Below are positions 30,349 to 40,600 of a stretch of DNA of 64,000 bases, piece after piece (position 1 is the stretch's first letter; the number at the start of each line of letters is the position of its first letter). Source of the stretch: Clostridia bacterium (GTDB taxonomy: Bacteria; Bacillota; Clostridia; Christensenellales; CAG-917); contig JAKSOR010000003.1 of NCBI GenBank assembly GCA_024405515.1, positions 5,655-69,654 of the forward strand, read 5' to 3'. The notes under the pieces are model-generated. The model was not told the origin of the DNA and made no database searches. It worked only from the letters and a program-made list of their open reading frames with translations. The translations under genes and the position numbers were made by a program.

Positions 30349-31548
30349 ATGTTTATCTGTAAAATTTGCGGAAACGAACTTAAACAGGGTCAGGCTTTCT
30401 GTAACACATGCGGTGCTGATGCGGTAGACAATTATGAAACCGTGTGTCCTTCCTGTGGCTCAAAGAACGGGTCAGGAAGCAGATACTGTGCAAAATGCGG
30501 CGGTATACTGCAGGTTATGAGAAAACCTGTCTGTGTTGTCTGCGGCACAAAAAATCTGCCGGGGGCACTTTTCTGTGTTTCTTGCGGAGCTCCTCTTATT
30601 GTGGAGAAGGAAACCCATGACGAGGATGAGGTTCTTGATGCAAGACATGTAAAGCAGCGCCTTGATGCAATGGAAAAAGACAGAATGGCAGCTGTTGACA
30701 AAGAAATCGAAGAGATTAAAGCGAAGGCAAAGGAAGACATACTCTTTTCAAAACAGGAAATAGAACGCTATAAGCAGAAAGTTGAGGAAGACCTCAACAA
30801 AAGAGCAGAGATGCTCGACGCATACAGGAAGAAACTGAACGAACTCGGTTCGGATGATGTTGCACTTCTGAAGAAAATGTCAGAGGCGCTCAAGTCATAT
30901 TCCGAGTATTATGCAGATCCGTTCTCTCAGATAGACGAAGATGATATCAGCGGGAACACATATGTATGTCCTATATGCGGAACAATAAATCCGGTGGATG
31001 CAACTAACTGTACCCATTGCGGCAGAAATAAGGCAAGAGCACTGCTTCTCCTGGCAAAGGGCAGAATTAAACAGAGCCCTCCGGTAAAGAGAAGAGAGGA
31101 AATAATTCCTGCTCCTGAAAAGGAGTTCGGAATCCAGAAGGCTCCTAGCATAGATGAATTCGCAACATCGTATATGAGTGCGAACAAAGCAGGAGAGAAT
31201 AAAGAGGAAACAGAGGAACCTAAGAAACAGAAAGGACCGGAAAACTTTTCACAGGGTAATCCGAATCCTTACTATCAGTATCCTCCGTATTATCAGTATC
31301 CTCCGCAGGGGGCACCTCAGCAGATGCCGCCTCAGGGACAGATTCCTCCTCAGCAGATGCCACAGGGCGCGTACTATATGGGACCTGGCGGTTATCAGAT
31401 GACACCTATTGTTCAGCCGGTTGCTTTTGTTCCGTATGTAACACAGGAACAGCCGCTTATGCAGTATTCACCTACAATAGAGCAGCCAAAACCACAGCCT
31501 GTACAAAAACCGCAGCAGCCCGAACAAATTAAGAAAAAACGTAAATAA
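30349..31548 (+). CDS. soluble multi-zinc-ribbon protein with coiled coil and Pro/Gln-rich tail, function unknown
   Basis: Five CxxC..CxxC ribbons: four in the N-terminal ~80 aa (CKIC..CNTC, CPSC..CAKC, CVVC..CVSC) and a fifth at CPIC..CTHC. Central E/K-rich helical region. C-terminal YYQYPPYYQYPPQGAPQQMPPQGQ. No TM helix. Confidence 0.6.
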   Translation: MFICKICGNELKQGQAFCNTCGADAVDNYETVCPSCGSKNGSGSRYCAKCGGILQVMRKPVCVVCGTKNLPGALFCVSCGAPLIVEKETHDEDEVLDARHVKQRLDAMEKDRMAAVDKEIEEIKAKAKEDILFSKQEIERYKQKVEEDLNKRAEMLDAYRKKLNELGSDDVALLKKMSEALKSYSEYYADPFSQIDEDDISGNTYVCPICGTINPVDATNCTHCGRNKARALLLLAKGRIKQSPPVKRREEIIPAPEKEFGIQKAPSIDEFATSYMSANKAGENKEETEEPKKQKGPENFSQGNPNPYYQYPPYYQYPPQGAPQQMPPQGQIPPQQMPQGAYYMGPGGYQMTPIVQPVAFVPYVTQEQPLMQYSPTIEQPKPQPVQKPQQPEQIKKKRK

Positions 31549-32324
31549 TGGATGAGAAGAAAGGGAAGAAAAAACCTGTTGATGAAGCAGGTATAAGGCT
31601 TGCTCCTACACCATTAAGAAGCAGCGAAATGAATGTACTGCCACCTGTAAGGCAGGATTTTATCATCACGCCGCACATTGAAATTAATGAAAATACAGAA
31701 CAGGATAAAGATTCCGCTTCGACCCTTGATGATTATCAGCCAAAGAAAGAGGAAATAAGCAAGAGGTGGAAACGAGGCCAGAGAGGAAAGAATATTCTTA
31801 CTGGCTCACTTGTGTTCATAATTACCATATTCGCGGTGCTGCCTTATATACTTGGTGCCTGCGGAGTGGATCCGGAATCACTTCCTTTCAGATATATCCC
31901 GGTCAGATTCAGCTCTGTCGGTAATATAATAAAAGCCTTTACAGTTACAGCTTCTGAAGGCTGGGCCGGAGATACTGTTAATCAGGTATGGATTAATGCA
32001 ATACCTGATTTGGTGATTGTTGTAGGAATAATTGCCCTTGTTATAAATGCTGTTAAGTCTTTATATGCAATGTTTGCAGCAGTCAAACAGCAGAAATACG
32101 CAGCATGGGCGTCTGTATACCTTATCTGCATCCTGGCAGTTTTTATAGCAGCACTTGTCGGAATTCCGCAGATGGGCATAGAAAAAATGGATTTTATAAA
32201 TGATTTTATATACAACTGCAGTACATGTGAACTCTTCACAATGGTGGTTATTGCTCTTGGTTATCTTGTAGTGACAATAGTGATAAGTTCCGTAGGAAGG
32301 GATAAACAGGGATATTTAGCATAG
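31548..32324 (+). CDS. 4-TM membrane protein, paralog family with 32335..33183 and 1235..2014
   Basis: ATG overlaps the upstream stop (TAATG). ~85-aa polar N-terminus then four TM helices. Loop motif NIIKAF...GWAGDTV matches NIIKAI...WVGGGTV of the next gene. Confidence 0.55.
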   Translation: MDEKKGKKKPVDEAGIRLAPTPLRSSEMNVLPPVRQDFIITPHIEINENTEQDKDSASTLDDYQPKKEEISKRWKRGQRGKNILTGSLVFIITIFAVLPYILGACGVDPESLPFRYIPVRFSSVGNIIKAFTVTASEGWAGDTVNQVWINAIPDLVIVVGIIALVINAVKSLYAMFAAVKQQKYAAWASVYLICILAVFIAALVGIPQMGIEKMDFINDFIYNCSTCELFTMVVIALGYLVVTIVISSVGRDKQGYLA

Positions 32325-32334
32325 GAGGGACAGA

Positions 32335-33183
32335 ATGGCAAAGAAAGAACGAAAAGATGAAATAGTTTTTTCACCTGCGGATGATTCCGAAGTCAGGGTC
32401 ACCGAAGAAGAAAAGCCAATGTATGAAACTGAAGCATACGGTTCACCAAAACCGGATGCCGGTTCAGAAGTTACCGTTATGAAACAGGTCGGTATCGGCG
32501 GACCGGTACCTATTGTTGCGCCTAAACATAATACCATTCAGCTTCAGCCTATTGTTGTTCCGCTTGCAGTTGTTCCTTATATGACACAGGACAGCAATGT
32601 TCTGAGAACTGACGGAAAGCAGCAGACTTATGAAGAGGAAGAATATAATGAAGCTGCAAAATTTGATGTAGCAAAAGAAAAGAAGAAAAAAATCAAAAAC
32701 AAAGAGAGCAGATTCTCAAGACTCTTTGCATTTATCACAATGCTTATTTCCCTCATTGTTGAAATACCGTTCATTATTTCATACTTCGGGAAGACAATCG
32801 GCGGCGAAAATCTTGATTATCTCAATATTATTAAAGCCATTGAAACGTGGGTTGGCGGCGGAACTGTAGATGATATAGTTGCAGCAGCGCTGTTCATCGG
32901 AACATTTGCCTTTGCCGGCATCACTGCTTTGGTTGCACTGCTTTCTCTTATATTCGGCAAATACCCGAGGGCATTCTTCGGAATATTCACATTTGTGTCA
33001 TTCGGTTCTTCTATAGCCGTTATGATTATTCAGATGTTCAATGGTGTGTTTGACTTAGCACTTTCAAAGATTCTCATCGCACTTATTTCAGTGACAGGAT
33101 TCAGCTTTGTTCTTTCAATTGTGTTCTCCATGATCCTTAACAGCATAGAGGACAAAAAAGAAAAGACAATCAGCGAGATTTAA
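32335..33183 (+). CDS. 4-TM membrane protein, paralog family, N-terminal PIVxPxAxVPYxTQ motif
   Basis: SD ggaggga. N-terminal polar region contains PIVVPLAVVPYMTQ. Four TM helices. LIFGKYPRAFF matches the 1235..2014 protein. Confidence 0.55.
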   Translation: MAKKERKDEIVFSPADDSEVRVTEEEKPMYETEAYGSPKPDAGSEVTVMKQVGIGGPVPIVAPKHNTIQLQPIVVPLAVVPYMTQDSNVLRTDGKQQTYEEEEYNEAAKFDVAKEKKKKIKNKESRFSRLFAFITMLISLIVEIPFIISYFGKTIGGENLDYLNIIKAIETWVGGGTVDDIVAAALFIGTFAFAGITALVALLSLIFGKYPRAFFGIFTFVSFGSSIAVMIIQMFNGVFDLALSKILIALISVTGFSFVLSIVFSMILNSIEDKKEKTISEI

Positions 33184-33194
33184 GGCAGGTAAAG

Positions 33195-33977
33195 ATGTCT
33201 TTAAAACTGGTATCTCTGGCAAGCGGGAGCAAAGGAAACGCAACACTGGTATTTTCTGACAGAACAGCACTGCTTATAGATGCCGGGATATCATATACAC
33301 AGATAAATACAAGGCTCAGAGAGTTTGGTCTCTGTGTTTCCGGACTTGATGGAATACTGATAACGCATGAACATGCCGATCATATAGCAGGTCTTGCACG
33401 TTCATCAAAAGACTGCAGAATATATGCCCACCATCTTACGAAGAGCGCAATCTTAAAAAAGATAGGGGCGCAGATGGAAATATCTTCGTTCGAAGATATC
33501 CCTGATTTTATGGATGGTTTCCTTATCGGCGATATTTTTGTTAAACCGTTTGAAACATCCCACGATGCAGCATTCCCGGTGGCATATACTTTTGAGTGTG
33601 GTGGATCCAGAGTCAGCATACTCACAGACACTGGTACGGTTTCAAGAAGTATGTTTGAAAACATATGCAGAAGTCAGGCTGTCCTTATTGAGGCAAATCA
33701 TGACAGAGACATGCTTATTAACGGTCCGTATGTTTATCCTTTAAAAAGGCGTATTCTTTCGGATCTGGGGCATATGTCCAATGCTATGTGTGCAAAAGTT
33801 GTCAGCAGACTTGTTGAGAATGGTATCACAAAGCAGATACTAATCGGTCATCTGAGCGAAATCAACAACAGGCCGGAAATAGCATATAAGGAAGTCAATT
33901 CCGTGGTAATGAACAGTGAAGCGGAAGTGTTTCTGACATATCAGAATAAGAGAAGCGAGGTTTGTGTGGCAGAATGA
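33195..33977 (+). CDS. MBL-fold metallo-hydrolase (YycJ/WalJ-like)
   Basis: SGSKGNA, ITHEHADH and GHLS motifs. 260 aa. Confidence 0.8.
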   Translation: MSLKLVSLASGSKGNATLVFSDRTALLIDAGISYTQINTRLREFGLCVSGLDGILITHEHADHIAGLARSSKDCRIYAHHLTKSAILKKIGAQMEISSFEDIPDFMDGFLIGDIFVKPFETSHDAAFPVAYTFECGGSRVSILTDTGTVSRSMFENICRSQAVLIEANHDRDMLINGPYVYPLKRRILSDLGHMSNAMCAKVVSRLVENGITKQILIGHLSEINNRPEIAYKEVNSVVMNSEAEVFLTYQNKRSEVCVAE

Positions 33978-35053
33978 GAAAAATGATTGGTGCAAGCGAG
34001 AGTTCTTCCATTTATCTCTGGGGTATATGCTCCAGCAGTATTCTTGCTACACTTTTTTCACTCTTTTTAGTCAGTACGGGTACTTTTTCCGGCATGAGTG
34101 TCACGAGTTGGGTGTGTTATGTAATCATGCAGATTGCATTTATCCTCACGGTAGTTGTTTACTCAACAGTCAGAAAACTTGATATAGGATATATATGCCG
34201 GCTGAAAAAAGCTCCGAAACCTCTTCAGATTGTGCTCCTTCCGTTTATTGCAGTGGCAACAATCATGATATTCCTTCCTTTTGCAAATCTGTGGACATCT
34301 TTCCTTTCACTTATCGGTTACAGCGGCTCGGTAGCAACTCCGCAGTTTGATAATGTCGGTGTGTATTTTCTTGCACTTGTTATAATGGCACTGATTCCTG
34401 CTTTCGGAGAGGAATTCTTTATGAGGGGAACAGTATTCCCGGGACTTTCAACAAGAGGCACATGGTTTGGCATACTGATGAGCGGACTGTTTTTCTCATT
34501 AATGCATGCTAATCCTTATCAGACCGTGCATCAGTTTGGTCTCGGAGTGGTCCTTGCAATTGTGCTCCTTATAACCGGTTCGCTGTGGTGCGGGGTAATC
34601 ATTCACTTTTTAAATAATTTCATATCACTCACAATTACGGCATATATTCCGGAAATAGATATGTGGTACATAAAGCTCGGATACTGGAACTGGCTTACTG
34701 GTGCTGCCAGTGTAATAGTCGGAGTTGTCCTTCTCGTAATTCTTCTTTTCTTCCTTTATAAGGTAAGTAATAAAGATTCCGGCAGTTATTCAAATTCTGT
34801 CTCAGGAGACGGATATACTCTTTATGTAAGTTCTGAACAGATGGGAGTGAAGAAGCCTAATATATTTGTTCAACTCGGAAGATTCATCAAATCATTATTT
34901 ACAAAGAGCGGCTGGAGAAAAATCACAAATTCGCTTGAAAGCGGAAATAATATGCAGTACCTTGGCAAGAGTCAGCCTATGACGGCAGTATGGATTGCTT
35001 TGGGACTTGTCATAGTTTATTGGTTTATAAACTTTATTATCGGCCTTATATGA
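33974..35053 (+). CDS. CPBP-family intramembrane glutamic endopeptidase (CAAX/Abi)
   Basis: EEFFMRG, FSLMHAN and HFLNN are the three CPBP motifs. ATGA overlap with the MBL gene. Confidence 0.8.
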   Translation: MRKMIGASESSSIYLWGICSSSILATLFSLFLVSTGTFSGMSVTSWVCYVIMQIAFILTVVVYSTVRKLDIGYICRLKKAPKPLQIVLLPFIAVATIMIFLPFANLWTSFLSLIGYSGSVATPQFDNVGVYFLALVIMALIPAFGEEFFMRGTVFPGLSTRGTWFGILMSGLFFSLMHANPYQTVHQFGLGVVLAIVLLITGSLWCGVIIHFLNNFISLTITAYIPEIDMWYIKLGYWNWLTGAASVIVGVVLLVILLFFLYKVSNKDSGSYSNSVSGDGYTLYVSSEQMGVKKPNIFVQLGRFIKSLFTKSGWRKITNSLESGNNMQYLGKSQPMTAVWIALGLVIVYWFINFIIGLI

Positions 35054-36012
35054 TGAGCAGAAGATTAAAAGCCGGCATATTATATTTCATTATTGTTATA
35101 GCCACTCTCATCTTGAGAGTGTGTTCTTATTTTAGGGTCTATGAAAGCCTTGGAATTGACGGAGATGAATATTTTACTCCTGTGATACAGATCCTTATTT
35201 TCGGCGGGATTTCACTTGTCGGGTATCTGCTGTTTTCTCTTAAAGATAAAGATATCAGAGCATCTTTTAAAGAGGACTTCGGTTTCAGAAAGATATCAGG
35301 GAAAACCTTTTTATTAACTATTCCGATAACCATATGCATGATTATAGTATCTACCGGGATTTCATATGTATGGCAGGTGATTCTTTCCGTGACCGGGTTT
35401 ACGAGAGTCTCAGCATCAACAGATTATTCAACCGTGGCAGTCTTATTTGAAGAGCTTATTTTGACTGCATTGCTGCCAGGGGTATTTGAGGAAATCGCAA
35501 ACAGGGGACTTATTTACTCCGGATACAGGGAATGTGGATGGAAATATGTTCTGGTGTCAGGACTTTTATTTGCGCTCGCTCATCAGAATATTGTTCAGAC
35601 CGGATATACATTCTTTGACGGATGCCTTATTGCTCTTGTAATGTTCTATACAGGTTCAGTATGGCCGGGAATGCTGATGCATATTATCAACAACGGATAT
35701 TCTGTTGTAAGTGGCTACATTGCCCAGAACGGAGGACCTTTGTCATTCATTAATACAATTTCCGACTGGTTAAATTCAACGACAGGCGGTTATATTGTAT
35801 CCGTTCTCTGTATACTGTTTGCCGGAATACTCCTGATTGTGCTTTTTGCAGCGATGAGAAAGGATGCTGTTAAAAAAGGAATAGTAAACGAGAACAGACT
35901 TTTTGAAAAAACAGATGCATTGCCGCTTTATAAGGACATACCATTTATCATTACTGTCCTTGTAGGCATAGCAGCAACGTCATTCAGTTTTGTCTGGGGG
36001 ATTATGAGATGA
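35050..36012 (+). CDS. CPBP-family intramembrane glutamic endopeptidase (second copy)
   Basis: FEEIANRG, FALAHQN and HIINN. Start set at MMSRRLK (35050), giving an ATGA overlap with the previous stop. Confidence 0.8.
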   Translation: MMSRRLKAGILYFIIVIATLILRVCSYFRVYESLGIDGDEYFTPVIQILIFGGISLVGYLLFSLKDKDIRASFKEDFGFRKISGKTFLLTIPITICMIIVSTGISYVWQVILSVTGFTRVSASTDYSTVAVLFEELILTALLPGVFEEIANRGLIYSGYRECGWKYVLVSGLLFALAHQNIVQTGYTFFDGCLIALVMFYTGSVWPGMLMHIINNGYSVVSGYIAQNGGPLSFINTISDWLNSTTGGYIVSVLCILFAGILLIVLFAAMRKDAVKKGIVNENRLFEKTDALPLYKDIPFIITVLVGIAATSFSFVWGIMR

Positions 36013-36467
36013 AAATAAATATTGTTGCAGTAGGGAAAATCAAGGAAAGTTATTATACTGATGCTGTGAATGAATATTCAAAAAGAATATCAAGGTTTGC
36101 CGATTTCAGGGTCATTGAAGTTGCTGAGGCACCGCAGAATAAAAGCATAGATGAACAGAAAGTTATTGAAAGCCATAACCTTGCGGAAAAGGCACAGGGG
36201 TATATAATAGCCCTTGATCCCCAGGGTAAGAAAATATCTTCTGAAGGAATGGCGGATCTGATTAAATCAAAATGTGTTGAAGGGAAGAGTGAATTTTCTT
36301 TTCTCATTGGCGGCAGCCACGGCTTAAGTGATGAAATCAAAAAGACAGCAGATCTGAAAATATCATTCAGTGATCTCACATTCCCTCACCAGCTTTTCAG
36401 GGTAATGCTGTCGGAACAGCTTTACAGAGCGCTTACCATAATAAATAACGTACCATACCACAAATGA
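36009..36467 (+). CDS. rlmH: 23S rRNA (pseudouridine1915-N3)-methyltransferase RlmH
   Basis: 152-aa SPOUT protein with MKINIVAVGKIKE at the N-terminus and IGGSHGL...LFRVMLSEQLYRA at the C-terminus. Confidence 0.88.
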   Translation: MKINIVAVGKIKESYYTDAVNEYSKRISRFADFRVIEVAEAPQNKSIDEQKVIESHNLAEKAQGYIIALDPQGKKISSEGMADLIKSKCVEGKSEFSFLIGGSHGLSDEIKKTADLKISFSDLTFPHQLFRVMLSEQLYRALTIINNVPYHK

Positions 36468-36513
36468 TGGTTTATGTGTTTAAAATGAGGATATAAAGGA
36501 ACGATTGTGAAAT

Positions 36514-36978
36514 ATGTCTTACGATGAGAAGTTTATGAAAAGAGCCATTGAACTTGCAAAAGAAGCCTTCGGAAATGATGAGGTTCCTATTGGTGCCGTA
36601 ATTGTTAAGGATGGGGAAATAGTAGGCGAAGGCATGAATTACAAGGAAAGAAAAAACAATGCGACGAGACATGCTGAAATAGTTGCAATAGATGCGGCAA
36701 CTTCCGCGATTGGAAACTGGTGGCTTGAGGACTGTGAGATGTATGTAACACTGGAACCGTGTCCGATGTGCGCAGGTGCAATGATTAACTCCAGAATAAA
36801 AGAACTTTATTTTGGTGCATATGATGAGAAATGCGGAGCTTATGTGTCAAAAGTAAATCTCTTTGAAGAGGGTCTGTTTAATCATGACATTAATGTAAGC
36901 GGCGGATATCTGAAAGAAGAATGCGCATCACTGCTTTCTGAATTTTTCTCTAGAAAGAGAAAAGAGAAAAGGGCATGA
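36514..36978 (+). CDS. tadA: tRNA adenosine(34) deaminase TadA
   Basis: HAEIVAI and PCPMCAGA are the zinc-binding deaminase motifs. 154 aa. Confidence 0.9.
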   Translation: MSYDEKFMKRAIELAKEAFGNDEVPIGAVIVKDGEIVGEGMNYKERKNNATRHAEIVAIDAATSAIGNWWLEDCEMYVTLEPCPMCAGAMINSRIKELYFGAYDEKCGAYVSKVNLFEEGLFNHDINVSGGYLKEECASLLSEFFSRKRKEKRA

Positions 36979-37032
36979 GTTGATTTTTGATAGTCATAAT
37001 TATATAATTCATAACTGACAAAGGAAGAAAAT

Positions 37033-37611
37033 ATGATAGTAATTGTTGGACTTGGTAATCCTGGAGCTAAATATAAAAACACATATCATAATGTAGGATT
37101 TATGATAGCAGATTCGCTTGCAAAAAAACTGAAAGTCAAGTTCACAAAAACAGAGTGCGACGCAAAGACTCTGAAAGCAAATTACAAAGGAACGGATTTT
37201 GTGATTGCAAAGCCTGAAACCTTTATGAATCTTTCGGGCAATGCAGTAAAGCAGCTCGTAAAAAAATATGACTGTGATGTTTCAAACGAACTTATGATCT
37301 GCTATGACGATGTAGATCTTCCTGTCGGAAACACAAGACTCAGAGCCGAAGGCAGCGCGGGTTCCCATAACGGAATGAGGAATATCGTTGCAGAACTTAA
37401 TACTACCGAGTTCAAAAGACTCAGAGTCGGTATAAAAAACGAAAAAATTAAGAACAAAGAGATAGAGCTTATTGATCTGGTTCTCTCAAAAGTTGATTAT
37501 GAAGATAAGGAAAACCTTGAAAAGGGAATTGACAAGGCATCCGATGCTCTCATCCGCTTTATTGAGGGAGTTGATATACAGCGGATATCAGAAACAGTAA
37601 ATAAGAATTAA
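37033..37611 (+). CDS. pth: peptidyl-tRNA hydrolase
   Basis: MIVIVGLGNPGAKYKNTYHNVGF and GSHNGMRN. Confidence 0.92.
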   Translation: MIVIVGLGNPGAKYKNTYHNVGFMIADSLAKKLKVKFTKTECDAKTLKANYKGTDFVIAKPETFMNLSGNAVKQLVKKYDCDVSNELMICYDDVDLPVGNTRLRAEGSAGSHNGMRNIVAELNTTEFKRLRVGIKNEKIKNKEIELIDLVLSKVDYEDKENLEKGIDKASDALIRFIEGVDIQRISETVNKN

Positions 37612-37633
37612 TTCAAAGGCCTGGAGATTTTAA

Positions 37634-40600
37634 TTGATAACGCCTCAAAGCCTGAGACTGCACGAGATTAAAGAGCTCGGCAGACTTGAAAACTTATACG
37701 AAAACAGACGAGCCGATAAGAAATTGTCGGCTGTTTCCGTTGTCAGAATGACGGAAGGATGTAAAATTCACATCATTTCTCAGCTTAATTTAAGGAGAAT
37801 AATAGTAGTATCAGACAGTCTCGCAGCAAAAGCTCTTACAAGAAAACTCAGAAGCTGGGGACTTAAAGTTTCCTATATGCCGTATCGTGATGATGTTCTT
37901 ATCCCTAGAGTCGGTTTTTCTGTTCAGTATGTCAGGGAAAGAATGAAAACCCTATCGGATATAATAACAGGTAATACGGATGCCGTTGTTACTTGTATTG
38001 ATACTCTTCTTCAGCTTTTCCCGAAGCGCGAGCTTATTGAAAAATATTCTCTCAGAATAACTTTTGATTCAAGAATTACTCCTCAGGAAGCAGCTGTAAA
38101 ACTTGCACTTGCCGGATATACTTGCCAGGATATCGTTCAGGAGGAAGGAGATTTTGCTGTCAGAGGCGATATACTTGATATTTATTCTGCGGATGGAAAT
38201 GCATACAGAATAAATTTCTTTGATGATTCGATAGAATCCATCAAGCAGATTAATCCGGGTAATATGCTGCCGGTTGCCGATATGGATTCTGTTTTTGTGC
38301 CGCCTCTCAGTGATATTATTCTGGATGAGAAAGGTGCGGAAGAAGCAAAAGCAGGTCTTGGTGAACATTTGGGTAACAAGCATGCAATGGATGCCTATGA
38401 ACAGATTCATGAAGGAGCCATAGACCCATCTTTGGTCTGGACAATTCCTTTCTCAAGAAGCTGCTGCACTTCATTTCTTGAATTCCTTAATGACGGGATC
38501 CCATCCGAACTCATATTTGATGAGCACAAAGTTGTTTATGAGAAACTCTGTATACTTCTGAAAGAAACGGAAAGTAGAACCAAGACACTTCTTGAAGCAG
38601 GAGAAATTCTGGAAGAACACAGGAAATCCTATTTGACAAAAGATGATTTCATGCTGGATATAATTCCGTGGAATAAAATGAGTTTTTCTTCTGCTTTATG
38701 TCAGAATAATATTTTTATTCCTCTTACCTTAATTGAGCCTAAATCGGTACCGGTAACGAAGTATTATCTTGACTTCAGAAATCTTATAACGGATATCAGG
38801 AATTTTCAGGTAAACAAGATAAAAATCATCTTTGCATGTGGCAGTAAAGAGCATGCAAAGAATATGATAAATCACCTGTATGAGAGCGGAATAGAAGCGG
38901 CATTCTCGGAGAATGGTGATGATCCTCATTCGGTTATCTGTACGCCATTAAACATAGAGACCGGTGTCATCTATCCTCACAGCGGGGTGTGTCTCATAGG
39001 CACATCAGAGTGCATAGGGAAGAATACGCAGGAAGTTGTAAAATATCAGAAAGCACACTTTATAGCACCAAAAGCGGGAGATTATGTAGTACATAAGGTG
39101 CATGGAGTCGGAATCTGCGAAGGCACTACAATTATTAAAACCGGTGAGTTTGAAAAGGAATATATTGTTCTGAAATACAGAGATGGTGATACTCTTTATG
39201 TGCCTTCGGATCAGACAGATAACCTTCAGAAATTTGTCGGAGATGAAAATCCTCGGATTAACAAACTCGGCGGAGCAGAGTTTGAAAGAGAGAAAAACAA
39301 GGTTAAAGCATCCGTAAAGAAATTGGCCTTTGATCTTGTTCAGTTATATGCCAAACGAGAAAGTGAAAAGGGATTTGTATACAGCGAGGATACAATCTGG
39401 CAGAAGGAATTTGAGGATTCGTTTGAATATGATGAAACCCCCGATCAGCTCAGTGCGATAAGAGATATCAAGGACGACATGGAACATGGCAAACTCATGG
39501 ACAGACTTGTTGTCGGAGATGTGGGATTCGGCAAAACAGAGGTTGCTTTCAGGGCTATTTTCAAAACTGTATTTGATGGAAAACAGGCAGTTCTTCTTGC
39601 CCCTACCACAATTCTTGCAAGGCAGCATTATGAAAATCTTATTCCTAGGCTGGAACCATTCGGGATAAAGTGCTGTCTTCTTACCAGACTCCAGACAGCT
39701 GCTGAAAAAGATGAGATACTTCGCGGCCTTAAGGACGGGTCGGTTCATATCGTTATAGCAACTCATATGGTTCTGTCAAAAAATGTGGATTTTAACGACC
39801 TCGGAATTCTTGTTCTTGATGAAGAACAGCGCTTCGGGGTTGGTCATAAAGAGTCGCTAAAAAATAAATATCCTCTGATTAATGTCCTAACATTAAGCGC
39901 TACGCCGATACCTAGAACTCTTAATATGTCACTCACAGGTTTAAGGGATATTTCCATGCTGGAGACTCCTCCTCAGGGAAGGCTGCCGGTCCAGACATAT
40001 GTTTCAGAATATTCTGACGCGCTCTGCGTTGATGCCATAACCAGGGAAATGGCCAGAAACGGACAGGTGCTTATTCTCTGTAATGATATAGCCGAACTGG
40101 ATCCGTTCGCCGAAAAACTCAGAGATCTTTGCCCTGGTACTCCGAGAATTGTTACGGCACACGGTCAGATGGCACCACAGAATCTGGAAAGCAGAATAGC
40201 AGCATTTTATGATAAAAAATATGATGTGCTGATTGCTACAACCATTATTGAGAACGGCATTGACCTTCCGGATGCAAATACCCTCATAGTCATAGACAGT
40301 AACAGGTTCGGACTCTCCCAGCTGTATCAGCTGAGAGGACGTGTAGGAAGAAGGGGAGTGCTTGCACATGCATACTTCACTCTTGATTCAAAGACAAGAC
40401 TTACGGCTGATGCGGAAAAAAGACTGACAACACTTCTTGACAATACAGAAATCGGCAGTGGTTTCAAAATTGCACTTTCGGATCTTTCCATACGAGGAGC
40501 CGGTAATATACTCGGAGCAGAGCAGAGCGGGCACATTTCAAAGGTCGGATATGAGATGTATCTTGAAATTCTGAATGAGACAATTCAGGAAATCAAAACG

